Position numbers and translations under genes: made by a program. The notes under the pieces are model-generated. The model ran no database searches and was not told the DNA's origin. It saw only the letters and a list, made by a program, of their open reading frames with translations. Shown here one piece after another: positions 44,456 to 55,037 of a DNA stretch of 64,000 nucleotides (positions within the stretch are counted from its first letter, which is position 1; every line of letters begins with the position of its first letter). The stretch comes from Diplonema japonicum (lineage: Eukaryota; Protista; Euglenozoa: Diplonemea), in NCBI GenBank assembly GCA_964019335.1, contig OZ025749.1:62001-126000 (forward strand), written 5' to 3'.

Positions 44456-45658
44456 ATGGCACCACGAGACCAAATAATTCCGACTGCTGATGGTGCGGCA
44501 GCACCAATGCCAGAAACGGCCAAACCGGCTTCCGAGATCTCCGTTGAACTGGCTAAAAAGGATTTCCCGCTGGGCTACACGAAAGCCCAGCCGGTGAAGG
44601 AGGTGGACGCGTACTACAAGAACCCCTTGAGGATCTCACAGTACTCTGTGCATGGTGCCGCGGAGGGGCTGTTCAAAAGATCCGCGAGGAAAATTGCAAA
44701 AATAGGACTGGTGGTCGGGCTTGCCAGCGGGTGGTGGGTCTACAGACTGCAAACCTCCGAGGAAGGCGAGATGGTATCAACCAGCAACCAGCGATACCTC
44801 CTGCGATCTCTCCCTTCAAGAAAAGCAAGCAGGCTCTTCGGTGCCGTCTCAGAAATGCAGGCTTCAAGGCATATCATCAAAACATATGCCTTTCTAACAG
44901 GTGCAAACCTCGACGAAGCGGTTAACAGCAACACAGCAGACTACAAAACACTTCAAGAATTCTTCACGAGAAATATAAAACCCGAAACCCGTCCCATCTC
45001 AGACTGCGCTTTAGTATCGCCTTGCGACGGGACCATTCTGCGTACTGGTGAAGCCTACACCGATGACAACACAACCTGGATCAACCAGATCAAAGGGTAC
45101 AGGTATGAGGTCGAAGATTTGTTAAGGTACCGTGCGGCGCCGCCCTCCCCTGGGAAAAAACGCGTTTTCGCCGTCATCTGGCTTTCTCCTGGTGATTACC
45201 ATCGCTTCCACGTGCCAGCTGACTCCTGGGCGGTATCATGCGTTAATCATATATATGGTGCCTTGTTGCCAGTCCACGCATTGGCTTACAAATTCATTGA
45301 CGAATTGCCGTGTTTGAACGAGCGCATGTCGATTAACGGAAAATGGGCGCACGGGCAGCTTTCTGTCGTTCCTGTTGGTGCTTATAACGTTGGATCGATC
45401 AAGTTGGATCTGATCAGCCGGTGCTGCACTAACGCCTCTGATGATGACGCGTTGGCGACCGAGGCGCTTGTCTCAAAGCACCAACGCACTACCACCTTCA
45501 CGATGCCTGTTCACGCTGGCAAGAAGGGAAGCGAGATGGGTAGGTTTGAACTCGGGTCCACCATCGTCATGGTTGTGGACATCCCTGCCGACCAGGACCT
45601 GATCGTCGCCACAGGCGACACCGTGAAGATGGGAGCAGCTTTGATGAGCGCTGTTTAG
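44456..45658 (+). CDS. PSD1: Phosphatidylserine decarboxylase proenzyme (type I / PSD1-like)
   Basis: FFTRNIK, SPCDG, IKGYRY, LSPGDYHRFH, NER, VGAYNVGSI, autocleavage motif FELGST. Confidence 0.93.
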   Translation: MAPRDQIIPTADGAAAPMPETAKPASEISVELAKKDFPLGYTKAQPVKEVDAYYKNPLRISQYSVHGAAEGLFKRSARKIAKIGLVVGLASGWWVYRLQTSEEGEMVSTSNQRYLLRSLPSRKASRLFGAVSEMQASRHIIKTYAFLTGANLDEAVNSNTADYKTLQEFFTRNIKPETRPISDCALVSPCDGTILRTGEAYTDDNTTWINQIKGYRYEVEDLLRYRAAPPSPGKKRVFAVIWLSPGDYHRFHVPADSWAVSCVNHIYGALLPVHALAYKFIDELPCLNERMSINGKWAHGQLSVVPVGAYNVGSIKLDLISRCCTNASDDDALATEALVSKHQRTTTFTMPVHAGKKGSEMGRFELGSTIVMVVDIPADQDLIVATGDTVKMGAALMSAV

Positions 45659-45745
45659 AAAAAAAATCAATTTTTCCTTTTTTTTTTTTTTTTCCCTTCT
45701 TTTTTTTCTAGAAGCGTTTCGCGACGAGGAAAAAAAAAAGAAGGG

Positions 45746-45779
<34 letters not shown>

Positions 45780-45784
<5 letters not shown>

Positions 45785-46724
45785 ACACTCCCTACCCGAC
45801 CTCATCGAAGACCTCAAACAGCGGTATCTACAACATGACGCGATTCTCGTCCTTGCAGGTGCGGGGATGGGGGTCGAGTCCGGTATCGGAACGTTCAGGG
45901 GAAAATCCGCAGGAGTCTGGCCGGAGATGGAAACATACGGAACGCTGCCGAAAGCCCCCGACGGGAGCACGGGTCTCTCGCAGATGAATAACAAACGGTG
46001 GTTCGAAGAAGACCCTGAAATGGCGTGGAAATTCTGGAGATGGTGCCACGAAGGGTACGCAAAAACGAGTCCCCACAACGGTTACACCGTCATAAAGAGA
46101 ATACTGGATGAAAAACCGGGCTTCGTGGCCACAACCAATATAGATTCGCATTTTGAAAAAGCCGGGATCAACCCTGGAAAACTCCGTGAACTACATGGCG
46201 TAGTAAGCCGTGTGGTGTGCAGTGGTATGGGACGTGACACAACAGCGGCCAGTCAGATCGGTGGGGAAGACGATCTTCGTCCAATTGATTTCGCAGAAGA
46301 CTTTGCAGAGAACGAGGTGACGGACACCGAACCATGCGGGTTTACGACAACCTTCGCCTCCCTTCCGTCGGAGGGCGTCCCACGGTGTGGGTGTACCGCG
46401 GTGCTCCGTCCGGATGTCACGCTCTTTGGTGACGTTGTGTGGCCTTCCAACCCGCCTCCAGGGCCTCTCGCTTTGCAATTCTCTTCTTACACGTCTTACC
46501 TAACTTCTGTCGAACACCTCTCACTTCTTATCCTTGAAATTGGAGTCGGCACCGCGATGCCCGCCCTCCGTAAGCTGTCGGAATCTCTTTTATCTGACCG
46601 TTCCTCCCGAACCTCTGTCGTCAGAATCAACACCGAAGAGGCAGAAGGCAGCTCATCTATCTTATCCATCCCTTTCGGTGCCGGGATTGTGCTTGGCAAG
46701 CTGCAACAAGCACTTGATACCTGA
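45780..46724 (+). CDS. Sirtuin (Sir2-family NAD-dependent deacylase)
   Basis: GAGMGVESGIGTFRG, TTNIDSHF, ELHG, LRPDVTLFG, EIGVG, RIN. Confidence 0.88.
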
Positions 46725-46760
46725 TTATTCCCCCCCTCTCCATATATATAATATTGTGTA

Positions 46761-47794
46761 TGAGCTCGTCCGGAAAAAAATGTCAACAAATGACCCTCCT
46801 ATGCGGCGTAAAACCCCCGTTAAATTTCTAAGTAAAAAAGTAGTCCGACACCACTTTGTGTGCAGAAATGCAGTCTAAGCTTGAACACCATATAGGTCAA
46901 AATGCTCGCCGTTTGTTTTATTTTTAAAACGCACGTGCAAAAACATGTTTTTTAGAATGGTTTTTGGCAAACGATTCAATTTGGAAGTTACAAATAACCC
47001 AGACTCCATTTTTTTATTTTCGTTTTTCCGTGAAAAGCGACAGGAGGAATGGACGCAGATTGAAAATCTGTGAAACCTTTGGGGTCATTTTGGGTGGGCT
47101 GGACTCTAAATCACTATTAAAATGGGGTGGGGAGAACTTACCCTTAAAGTGCCATTTTGGCCTATTTAAGGCTAAAATCCCTTTAAAACCCCTTAAAAAA
47201 GCAGAATCTTCACTTTTAAAGTATTATGAGTGCAAAAGAAAAGGAACAACCTCAGCAGAGGGGTAGGGAATGAAAGTTTGACCCCAAAGATACCAATGTC
47301 GAAGCTCTGCATGAGCAGGCAAGTGTTAAGAATTGGTTTTTCTGAAAAAGGCCAAAATCCTTAGGAACCCCTTGAAAAAGCCAAAAAATAGGGTGTAAAA
47401 AACTGGATTTTCGGGGGCTATGCGGCGCCATATATTTTTCGCTAAGTACTTTTAACAGTAACCCGACCCTGGGTTGTACCCAGGGGTCACAAGTGCGCTT
47501 GAACACTAATTTTATGCACCCTAGATGCTGCATTTTAAGCAGTGAAATTGCATTTTAAACATTTTTTGCCGTTTTTTTGACCTCTATTTTTCGCTTCCCG
47601 GGGGCAGCCGGTTGCAAAGCCTGCCACCCTCATGGCAAAACAAGCATCGCAATTGAAAGAACGGCGTCATGTACACCATGTATGTCATCTTCCTATGGTT
47701 GCATGCTGCCCTTTTTTTTTGTTCAAATAATCAAAACAAGAAATTTTCGGAGGTGCCCAAAAAAAGTGTTGACATTTTCGTCCGGACGAGCTCA
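46761..47794. mobile_element. Non-autonomous TIR DNA transposon (~1.03 kb)
   Basis: Left end TA|TGAGCTCGTCCGGAAAAAAATGTCAACA and right end TGTTGACATTTTCGTCCGGACGAGCTCA|TA are inverted repeats with 2 mismatches. No transposase ORF; interior lacks the long homopolymers of host DNA. Confidence 0.85.
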
Positions 47795-47853
47795 TATTGT
47801 CGATCCTTGTTTGAAGGGAAAATAAATATTTAAAAAAAAAAAAAAAAAAAAAA

Positions 47854-48822
47854 ATGAGCATCACGGTGTTCATCCGGACGCCTTCCGAGGTGCATGACGT
47901 GGAAATATCCGGTAACGAGACGCTTCGATCCTTACACGACAAGGCTGCAGAAGCCGCTGGGTTTCACGGAACGGCAACAAGATACACATTGCGATACGAG
48001 GGGACCCGGTTGAAAAGGGACGGGGAGAGGGTACAAAGCACCGACCTCGTGGACGGATGCGAGTTGTTGTTGGAGCTGGGGGGGAATGAGTTTCATGTGT
48101 GTGAAAATGATATTCCCAGGGAAGAGAAGACCATCAAGATGCGTGTGGAGGAGGATCCGGACCTTCTTCTCGTTGTAAATGCATCATGGTCAGCAAGTGT
48201 AGTTGGCCTGCTGCGTTTACAGCACTTGGATAGAATAGGCCACGTAAGACACATCAGAATCTGTGACCCTATGAGAACCATAACCGGCATCCTACCAAAC
48301 TTCCTGTCGCAGTGTAGGTACGGCCGTCTCGCAACCGTTTCCTTCGAGCTCCCTTGCGTCACTATTGTGCACGATCGGTTCATAGCCGACATGTGGTCCG
48401 TCTCGCACGTTGATCTCACGGGGCTGCCGTCTTTAAAAGAAATCGGCGCCGAGTTCATCTCGTGCACACCTGTTGCGTCTGTCGATGTGAGCCCTCTTCA
48501 CGGTGTGCAGTCCATCGGATCTTCATTTCTATCCGGGACAAAGATAACCTCGATAGACTTAACACCGCTTTCCACGGTGAAGCGCATTGGCGATGAATTC
48601 TGCGCATATACCCCTCTCGCTCACATCGATTTACGTCCGTTGGAGGGAGTTGGTGGTATCGGGAGGCATTTTCTTACAGGTTGCCAATCGCTTACGGAAG
48701 TTGATCTCAGCCCTCTGAAAAGAGTTCCCGAGGTGGGCAAAGACGTGCTTTCAGACTCCGGTGTACCAGAGGCGGACCGTGTCATCCCTCGTGATCCCCC
48801 GTCGTACTGCTGCGTCATGTGA
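47854..48822 (+). CDS. Ubiquitin-like + LRR family protein, member 2, C-terminal CaaX (CCVM)
   Basis: Same Ubl N-terminus, LRRs, ends SYCCVM*. Confidence 0.85.
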   Translation: MSITVFIRTPSEVHDVEISGNETLRSLHDKAAEAAGFHGTATRYTLRYEGTRLKRDGERVQSTDLVDGCELLLELGGNEFHVCENDIPREEKTIKMRVEEDPDLLLVVNASWSASVVGLLRLQHLDRIGHVRHIRICDPMRTITGILPNFLSQCRYGRLATVSFELPCVTIVHDRFIADMWSVSHVDLTGLPSLKEIGAEFISCTPVASVDVSPLHGVQSIGSSFLSGTKITSIDLTPLSTVKRIGDEFCAYTPLAHIDLRPLEGVGGIGRHFLTGCQSLTEVDLSPLKRVPEVGKDVLSDSGVPEADRVIPRDPPSYCCVM

Positions 48823-48830
48823 GGGTGAAG

Positions 48831-48862
<32 letters not shown>

Positions 48863-49204
48863 CGAGCGATTCTATTTTTGCGCGGGGGCCGCGGCTACCA
48901 CCAAGGAGCTAAAATTCTCTAAAACTTCCCACTTCTGTTTTTTTTTTCTTTTTTCTTCTTTCTTTTTTTTTTCTTCTTCTTTTATTTACCTCTAGCTGTT
49001 TTTCTAATTATTGTTGACAAATCGGGTGAGCAAAGGCCGCCGGATAGTGGAACGGGGGAGTCAATGAACCCTTGTGAAGGTTGACATTTTTTTTTTCTTC
49101 TTTTCTTTTTCAAAGCTTTCTTCCCCTTCTTCAATATTTACATAATTTTGCAAAAAAAAAAAAAAAAAAAAAAAAAAAGGGAAAAAAAAGACATTTGATC
49201 CACC

Positions 49205-50299
49205 ATGGAAAAAGGAAGCTCGCATGCCCTCTTCGATGCTGTTGGGAAGGGTACCCTCAGCGAGATCAAGCGCATCATCGAAGAAGGGCACGGCGTTGAC
49301 CTCAACGAGAAGGACAAGCGTGGGAGGACGGCACTTCACGAGGCGGCCTCCTGCGGTCGTATTGAAGTGATAGAAACCCTCGTCCACAAATACAAAATGG
49401 ACCCGTCGTGCCGCGACAACACCGGAAACACACTAATTCACATGGCCGCAAGAAATGGCCATGTAGAGGCGGTGAAGTACCTTGTAAAAACACACAAACA
49501 GTCTCCTGGGGCAATGAGGAACAGCGGTGCCACACCATTATCTCTTGCATCATTGGGAAACCATGTCGGCACCATGAAAGTCCTCATCAATGAATACGCC
49601 CAGGACCCCACCCGTGGATTGGACAAACGCACATCTCTTCACTATGCAGCCAATAGAGGCTCGATAGAAGCGATGCGGTACCTCATCGGTGAATGCAACA
49701 TGGACCCTCAAGCATTAGATTCCCGAGGTCATGGAGCTCTTCACATTTCGGCTGGTAAAGGGCACCTCGGTGCCATGCGGCTCCTCTTGGACTTGTATAA
49801 GGTCGATGCTTTTCGTTGTCCTTTTCTGCACACCACCCCTCTTCACGTTGCTGCAGCGCATGACGCAGTGGAAGCCATGAAGCTTCTCATTGACAATTAC
49901 AAGATGGACCCTTGCACGGAAGAATCTTGGACCAGTGACATGCCACTTCATGTTGCGGTTGAACATGGGTCTTGCAATGCTATAAAGCTGCTTATACATG
50001 ATATGGGGGTAGATCCTTTTGTCAAGAACCAGCTTGGGAGAACGGCGCTTTTTGCCTGCTCAAACAATAAGGAAGAGAAAAAGAATGTGGAAGCTCTGAG
50101 GCTCCTTGTCGAGCGTTACGGGGCGGACCCCGATGTGAAGGACAACGATGGAGACAGTCCGTTGTCCCACTTCGTGTCGCGCAGGAAGCCCGGTGCGATC
50201 AGATTCATGATACAAGCCAAGCGCAGGAAGGAAATGAAGCGGGAGCCGGAGCAGCAAGAGCCGCACCTTGCAAAGCGTCGTTGCACTTTTCGGGAGTGA
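49205..50299 (+). CDS. Ankyrin-repeat protein
   Basis: Repeated GRTALHEAA, GNTLIHMAA, GATPLSLAS, RTSLHYAA and TTPLHVAA motifs. Confidence 0.92.
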   Translation: MEKGSSHALFDAVGKGTLSEIKRIIEEGHGVDLNEKDKRGRTALHEAASCGRIEVIETLVHKYKMDPSCRDNTGNTLIHMAARNGHVEAVKYLVKTHKQSPGAMRNSGATPLSLASLGNHVGTMKVLINEYAQDPTRGLDKRTSLHYAANRGSIEAMRYLIGECNMDPQALDSRGHGALHISAGKGHLGAMRLLLDLYKVDAFRCPFLHTTPLHVAAAHDAVEAMKLLIDNYKMDPCTEESWTSDMPLHVAVEHGSCNAIKLLIHDMGVDPFVKNQLGRTALFACSNNKEEKKNVEALRLLVERYGADPDVKDNDGDSPLSHFVSRRKPGAIRFMIQAKRRKEMKREPEQQEPHLAKRRCTFRE

Positions 50300-50305
50300 G
50301 ATAAA

Positions 50306-50336
<31 letters not shown>

Positions 50337-50426
50337 CTTCTAACCCATCGGCTCAAAAAAACGCGTTTTGTTTGAGTGATATCTTCCCCCCTCCTCTTTT
50401 TTTTTTAGACAACAACAAATTTGACC

Positions 50427-50655
50427 AAGGGAAGGTGCTGTGTAGGTTCGAAGAGGTTCAAGGGGGGCAGGCTCGTGGAGGGGGCTGTGGCGGGCACAAT
50501 GGGGGTTCTGTAATGAAACTATGTGTGGGGGTCACCGACTCCACAAACCGTTTCAGGGACATCAGTGATGATTTTATTGCGCCCAGGCGTCAGTCGATCT
50601 CAAGCCTGCCTAACCTGAGGGTTTCTTTAACCAATGTCACCTCCATTGGCGATGG
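50427..50655 (+). pseudogene. Heavily deleted copy of the 51342 Ubl-LRR gene
   Basis: Blocks such as AAGGGAAGGTGCTG, GCTCGTGGAGGGGGCTGT, TTCTGTAATGAAACT and GTCACCGACTCCACAAACCGTTTCAGGGA are collinear with 51481-51910. Confidence 0.8.
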
Positions 50656-50782
50656 CATTGTAAAGCTCCATTTAGCAACGCCCAAAATTGATGTTGATTA
50701 AACGGGTTAAGAGACATGGGGCGTGAAATAAAATTCCGCAAGGAGGGAAAGGACCAAAAAGAAGAAGAAAAAAAAAAAGAGT

Positions 50783-51240
50783 CGGCGAGTGCTGCTGGTT
50801 CGGGGATGAAGAGGTTCAGGGGAGCGAGCTCGTGGAGGGGGCTGTTATCCATGTGATGGAGGGCACAATGGTCGGGCTGGCGGATCTGAAGGGGGGTTCT
50901 GGAATGAAACTACAGCTTGAAAGGCTTGTGGCGGCCGACCCAAAGCTGGTCTTGAGGTCGATGTGGGGGACACTCCAGACAAAGTGGTGTGCATTGTGAA
51001 AGAGGACCTCCCTTCTGGACTTCGAGGCCTCGTTGTCACCGACTCCACAAACCGTTTCAGGGATATTGGTGATACTTTTCTATGTGGTGGCACCCTGGTG
51101 TCTCTCGATCTCAAACTGAAGCTCAACACCATTGGTTCCTACTTCTTGGGTGTCTCACATGTGCTTCGGGGATCAGACCAATGTCACTTCTCCATTGGCG
51201 GTGATTTCTTGTCTCTTTCCTCGAAGCTTCACCAACGTCG
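50783..51240 (+). pseudogene. Frameshifted and deleted copy of the 51342 Ubl-LRR gene
   Basis: Near-identical to 51432-51910 (VGDTPDKVVCIVKEDLPSGLRGLVVTDSTNRFRDIGD) with indels and no start. Confidence 0.88.
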
Positions 51241-51341
51241 GGGCTGTCGTCTTTTAAAAAGATCGGCCCCGAGTCTCATAAAAGGTTTTAAAAAAAAAAA
51301 AAGAAAAGAGTAAGAAAAAGAGGAAAACTATACAAAAGAAG

Positions 51342-52484
51342 ATGAGCATCACAGTGTTTGTGAAGACGGAAGGTGGGGTACACGACGTTGAAGTAGCAGG
51401 GGATGAGACAGTGGGGAGCCTTTACAAGAAGGCGGCGAGTGCTGCTGGTTTGCTGGAAGGGATGTTCAAACTGGTTTGGGAAGGGAAGGTGCTGAGCATG
51501 TTCGGGGATGAAGAGGTTCAGGGGAGCGAGCTCGTGGAGGGGGCTGTAATCCATGTGGTGGCGGGCACAATGGTCGGGCTGGCGGATCTGAAGGGGAGTT
51601 CTGTAATGAAACTACAGCTTGAAAGGCTTGTGGCGGCCGACCCCGAGCTGGTTCTTGAGGTCGATGTGGGGGACACTCCAGACAAAGTGGTGTGCATTGT
51701 GAAAGAGGACCTCCCTTCTGGACTTCGAGGCCTCGTTGTCACCGACTCCACAAACCGTTTCAGGGATATTGGTGATAATTTTCTCCGTGGTGGCACCCTG
51801 GTGTCTCTCGATCTCAAGCTGAAGCTCAACACCATTGGTTCCCACTTCCTTTACATGTCGTCCCTCTCTCACATTGATTTCGGGGATCAGACCAATGTCA
51901 CCTCTATTGGCAGTAATTTCCTGTCTGGGTCCTCGAGATTGCAATCTTTAGATCTGACTGGGGGCTTCACCAACGTCACGCTAATCGGCAGCTATTTCCT
52001 GGCTAGCACGGGTTTACAAGACTTGGATCTGAGAAGCTTCACCAACGTCACGGCAATTGGCGAGTGCTTCCTGGCTGGGTGCAAGGGTTTGCAAAATTTG
52101 GAACTAGGGGGCTTCAACGTCGCGGCAATTGACAACGATTTTCTGTCTTGGTGCTCGGGTTTACAAAACTTGGATCTGAGAAGCTTCACCAACGTAACGT
52201 CAATTGGCGAGAGCTTCCTGGATGGGTGCTCGGGTTTACAAAAACTAGATCTGAGAAGCTTCACCAACGTTGTGTCGATTGGCGATTCCTTCCTGTCTTG
52301 GTGCTCGGGTTTACAAAACGTGGATCTGCAGAGCTTTACCAACGTTGCGTCGATTGGCGGAGAGGACTTCCTGTTTGGTTGCACGGAATTGCAAAAAATT
52401 GAGGTTCCGTCGCTTCCCGAAAGCCACGCCCTGAAGGTGGTGCTACAAAGGAGAGCTTCGACACTAGTATTGAAGTCGAATTGA
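51342..52484 (+). CDS. Ubiquitin-like + LRR family protein, member 3 (homogeneous LRRs)
   Basis: MSITVFVKTEGGVHDVEV Ubl; tandem LQxLDLRSFTNVTSIGxxFLxxCSG repeats. Confidence 0.88.
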   Translation: MSITVFVKTEGGVHDVEVAGDETVGSLYKKAASAAGLLEGMFKLVWEGKVLSMFGDEEVQGSELVEGAVIHVVAGTMVGLADLKGSSVMKLQLERLVAADPELVLEVDVGDTPDKVVCIVKEDLPSGLRGLVVTDSTNRFRDIGDNFLRGGTLVSLDLKLKLNTIGSHFLYMSSLSHIDFGDQTNVTSIGSNFLSGSSRLQSLDLTGGFTNVTLIGSYFLASTGLQDLDLRSFTNVTAIGECFLAGCKGLQNLELGGFNVAAIDNDFLSWCSGLQNLDLRSFTNVTSIGESFLDGCSGLQKLDLRSFTNVVSIGDSFLSWCSGLQNVDLQSFTNVASIGGEDFLFGCTELQKIEVPSLPESHALKVVLQRRASTLVLKSN

Positions 52485-52550
52485 ATTGCGCTCGATGAAC
52501 CCTTCCAGCCCCTTTTTTTGGGTGACAAAGCGGTACAAACCGCTCCATCC

Positions 52551-52638
52551 TTAGATCTGACTGGGGGGGGGCTTCAAAAAAAAAAACGTCACGCTAATTC
52601 GGCAGCTATTTTCCTGGCTAGCCACGAGTTTACAAAGA
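52551..52638 (+). pseudogene. Detached single-LRR copy of 51948-52020 with expanded homopolymers
   Basis: Direct alignment; see findings. Confidence 0.85.
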
Positions 52639-52765
52639 TTTTTTTTTCTTTTATAATTAAAATTTTTTATGTTTCCCCCCCCAAAAAAAATGTTCATCAC
52701 AGCGGGGTGGGAAAAAAAAAAGGGAGCAGGACCCTTTTTTTTAAAAAAAAAAAAAGGAAAAAAAA

Positions 52766-54313
52766 ATGAGTATCACTATTTACATCCGAACGCCTTCCGA
52801 GGTCCACGAAATTGAAGCGGACGGCAACGAGACCTTGAAAATTCTGTATGAAAGGGCGGCAGAGGTCGCCGGGGTGGAGGTAAAGAACATTATACTACAA
52901 TACGAGGGGGAGGAACTTCCCAGCAGCAACACGGAACAAGTTCAATCTACAACTCTGACAGAAGGATGCGAGATAGATCTAATGCTGAGCTGCCTTACAG
53001 TAAACGTAACCATCACGGACCTATGGGCGCAGCGTGAGGCAATAAATGCACTCATGAAAGAAAATCCAGCATTAATCCTTCACATAGATGCTTCAACAAT
53101 GCGAGGAGGCGACGGAACCTTGAAGCTCGCAGGCCGCCATCTACCAGAACACGCACGCCACGTCAAAATAACAGATCCTCTCTGCAGGGTAGCACACATA
53201 AAAGACGGTTTTCTGCACCATTCCACAATTGCAACCCTCGACTTGACAGATTTGAAGAATCTGACAACAATCGGTGGTCATTTTCTGTACAACTCTGAAT
53301 GCCTTGTCGGCGTTGAGTTCCCGGAAAATCCGTCCGTTGTTGAAATCGGGGATGGTTTTTTGTTGGGGTGCTCGTTGTTGGAAACTGTTCAGCTCGGCTG
53401 CCTCGAGAGTATACCCCGTGTGCCAGAAGAATTTTTGTCCTTATGTCGAAACTTGATTCACGTTGATGTATCGCATCTGAAGTACGCAACGAGGCTGGGG
53501 AAACGATTTATGTCAGGGTGTAGTTCCCTCACCTCCTTGGAGCTTTCTACAAATGTAATCAAGAATATCGGCGATGATTTTTTAAAAGGTTGTTGCGCGT
53601 TGAAGAGCCTCGACCTGTCACGGCTTAATGAGGTGTCGTGTCTGGGCAGTGATTTTTTGTCAGGGACGTCGTTGCAGAGCGTGGATGTTTCAAGTTTTCC
53701 GAATCTTGTGAGTGTTGGCGATGGGTTTCTCTCATTTATGCCGTGCCTTAAAGAAGTCAACGCATCGTCTCCCGACAGTAAAATTCGAAAAATCGGGAAG
53801 GATATGTGTAATGGGTGCGGGGTGATGACATCTGCGGACTTTTCGAAATTGCAGGTAACGGAAGTGGGGTGTTTCTTCCTTCACATGTGTACTGGTTTGC
53901 TGAAGGCTCAGCTACCGAGGTTCCTGCCGGGATCTGAAGTACCTGATGATTTCCTTACGTCGTGCACCTCACTTGTTGCCGTTGATCTCTCGCCGCTGCG
54001 CCCTGTTGTTTCCATCGGGCATCGGTTTTTTGCTAAGACGCCCTTGCGTGTCATTGACCTTGTCCCGCTGTCCAGTGTCAGATCCATCGGAGACGGGTTC
54101 CTTCTCGATAATGACAGTTTGTGTTGTGTTAACCTCGAGCCCTTGAAAAAATTGAGGCTGGTGGGAGGTGGTTTTTTAGAGGGATGCGTCCGATTGGCCG
54201 TTCTGAAGCGGCCGAAGAAACTGAAGTATATTGGCGAAAGCGCGCTTTCCGGGACAAGCGTCCCTTGTTCTGAACGGGATGCGTTGCGGGCAAAGACCTG
54301 CTGTATCGCGTGA
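52766..54313 (+). CDS. Ubiquitin-like + LRR family protein, member 4, C-terminal CaaX (CCIA)
   Basis: MSITIYIRTPSEVHEIE Ubl, many BspA-like LRRs, ends KTCCIA*. Confidence 0.88.
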   Translation: MSITIYIRTPSEVHEIEADGNETLKILYERAAEVAGVEVKNIILQYEGEELPSSNTEQVQSTTLTEGCEIDLMLSCLTVNVTITDLWAQREAINALMKENPALILHIDASTMRGGDGTLKLAGRHLPEHARHVKITDPLCRVAHIKDGFLHHSTIATLDLTDLKNLTTIGGHFLYNSECLVGVEFPENPSVVEIGDGFLLGCSLLETVQLGCLESIPRVPEEFLSLCRNLIHVDVSHLKYATRLGKRFMSGCSSLTSLELSTNVIKNIGDDFLKGCCALKSLDLSRLNEVSCLGSDFLSGTSLQSVDVSSFPNLVSVGDGFLSFMPCLKEVNASSPDSKIRKIGKDMCNGCGVMTSADFSKLQVTEVGCFFLHMCTGLLKAQLPRFLPGSEVPDDFLTSCTSLVAVDLSPLRPVVSIGHRFFAKTPLRVIDLVPLSSVRSIGDGFLLDNDSLCCVNLEPLKKLRLVGGGFLEGCVRLAVLKRPKKLKYIGESALSGTSVPCSERDALRAKTCCIA

Positions 54314-54638
54314 AGAAAAAAAAAAAAAAAGAAAAAAAAAAAAAAAAAGAAAGTCGATTTTTTTTTTTTTTTCCCTCTTTTTTGGGGATACCGATATTTC
54401 GTCCTCGAAAGGAGAGAACATTTTCTTGGCTGCGGGAAACGACCTGCGACCAGTTGAACTTTTTTTTTTTTTTTTTATCGACTGGGGGAAAAAAAAAGGG
54501 GGGGGGGGGAAGCATCTACAAAGTTAGATCGGAAGTTTTTTTTTTTTTTTTAATCTCTAGCATCTTTTGTTTTTTCTTGTTTCTTTTTTTTTTTCCTATC
54601 TCCTTTGTTTAAATTTTTTTTGGTGATATTTATATACC

Positions 54639-54728
54639 CTGTAAAAGGAAAAAATACCTGAAGGAATTTTCATCCGGCCGGCCAGGGCTACCGGACATTT
54701 TTTCCTTCCGGTGATTTTCCCTTTACAG
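54639..54728. repeat. 90-bp imperfect palindrome (MITE-like)
   Basis: CTGTAAAAGGAAAA..GAAGGAA..TCCGG / CCGGA..TTCCTTC..TTTTCCCTTTACAG. Confidence 0.7.
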
Positions 54729-55037
54729 TAATAACAAAGATGGAAAGAAAAAGAAGAAGAGATGGAAGTGGGGGTTTTTTCTATTTACCACTTTACTCTC
54801 AATTTCTAGCTTCAATTCACGTGTTTTTTTTGTTTGTTTGTTTGTTTTTTGTTTTTTTTTCTTCTCCCCCCCCCCCCCCCCCCCCCCAGCAACTCGAATG
54901 ACATATAAAAAGAATTCTTTTTTTAATTATTCGGGGTTTTGTTTGGAAAAAAAGAATTTTTTTGTTGTTCACAGTGAGCACCCCATGCGCACTGAAATTT
55001 TATCGAGTTTTTTTTTTTTTTTTTTTTTATATAACTC

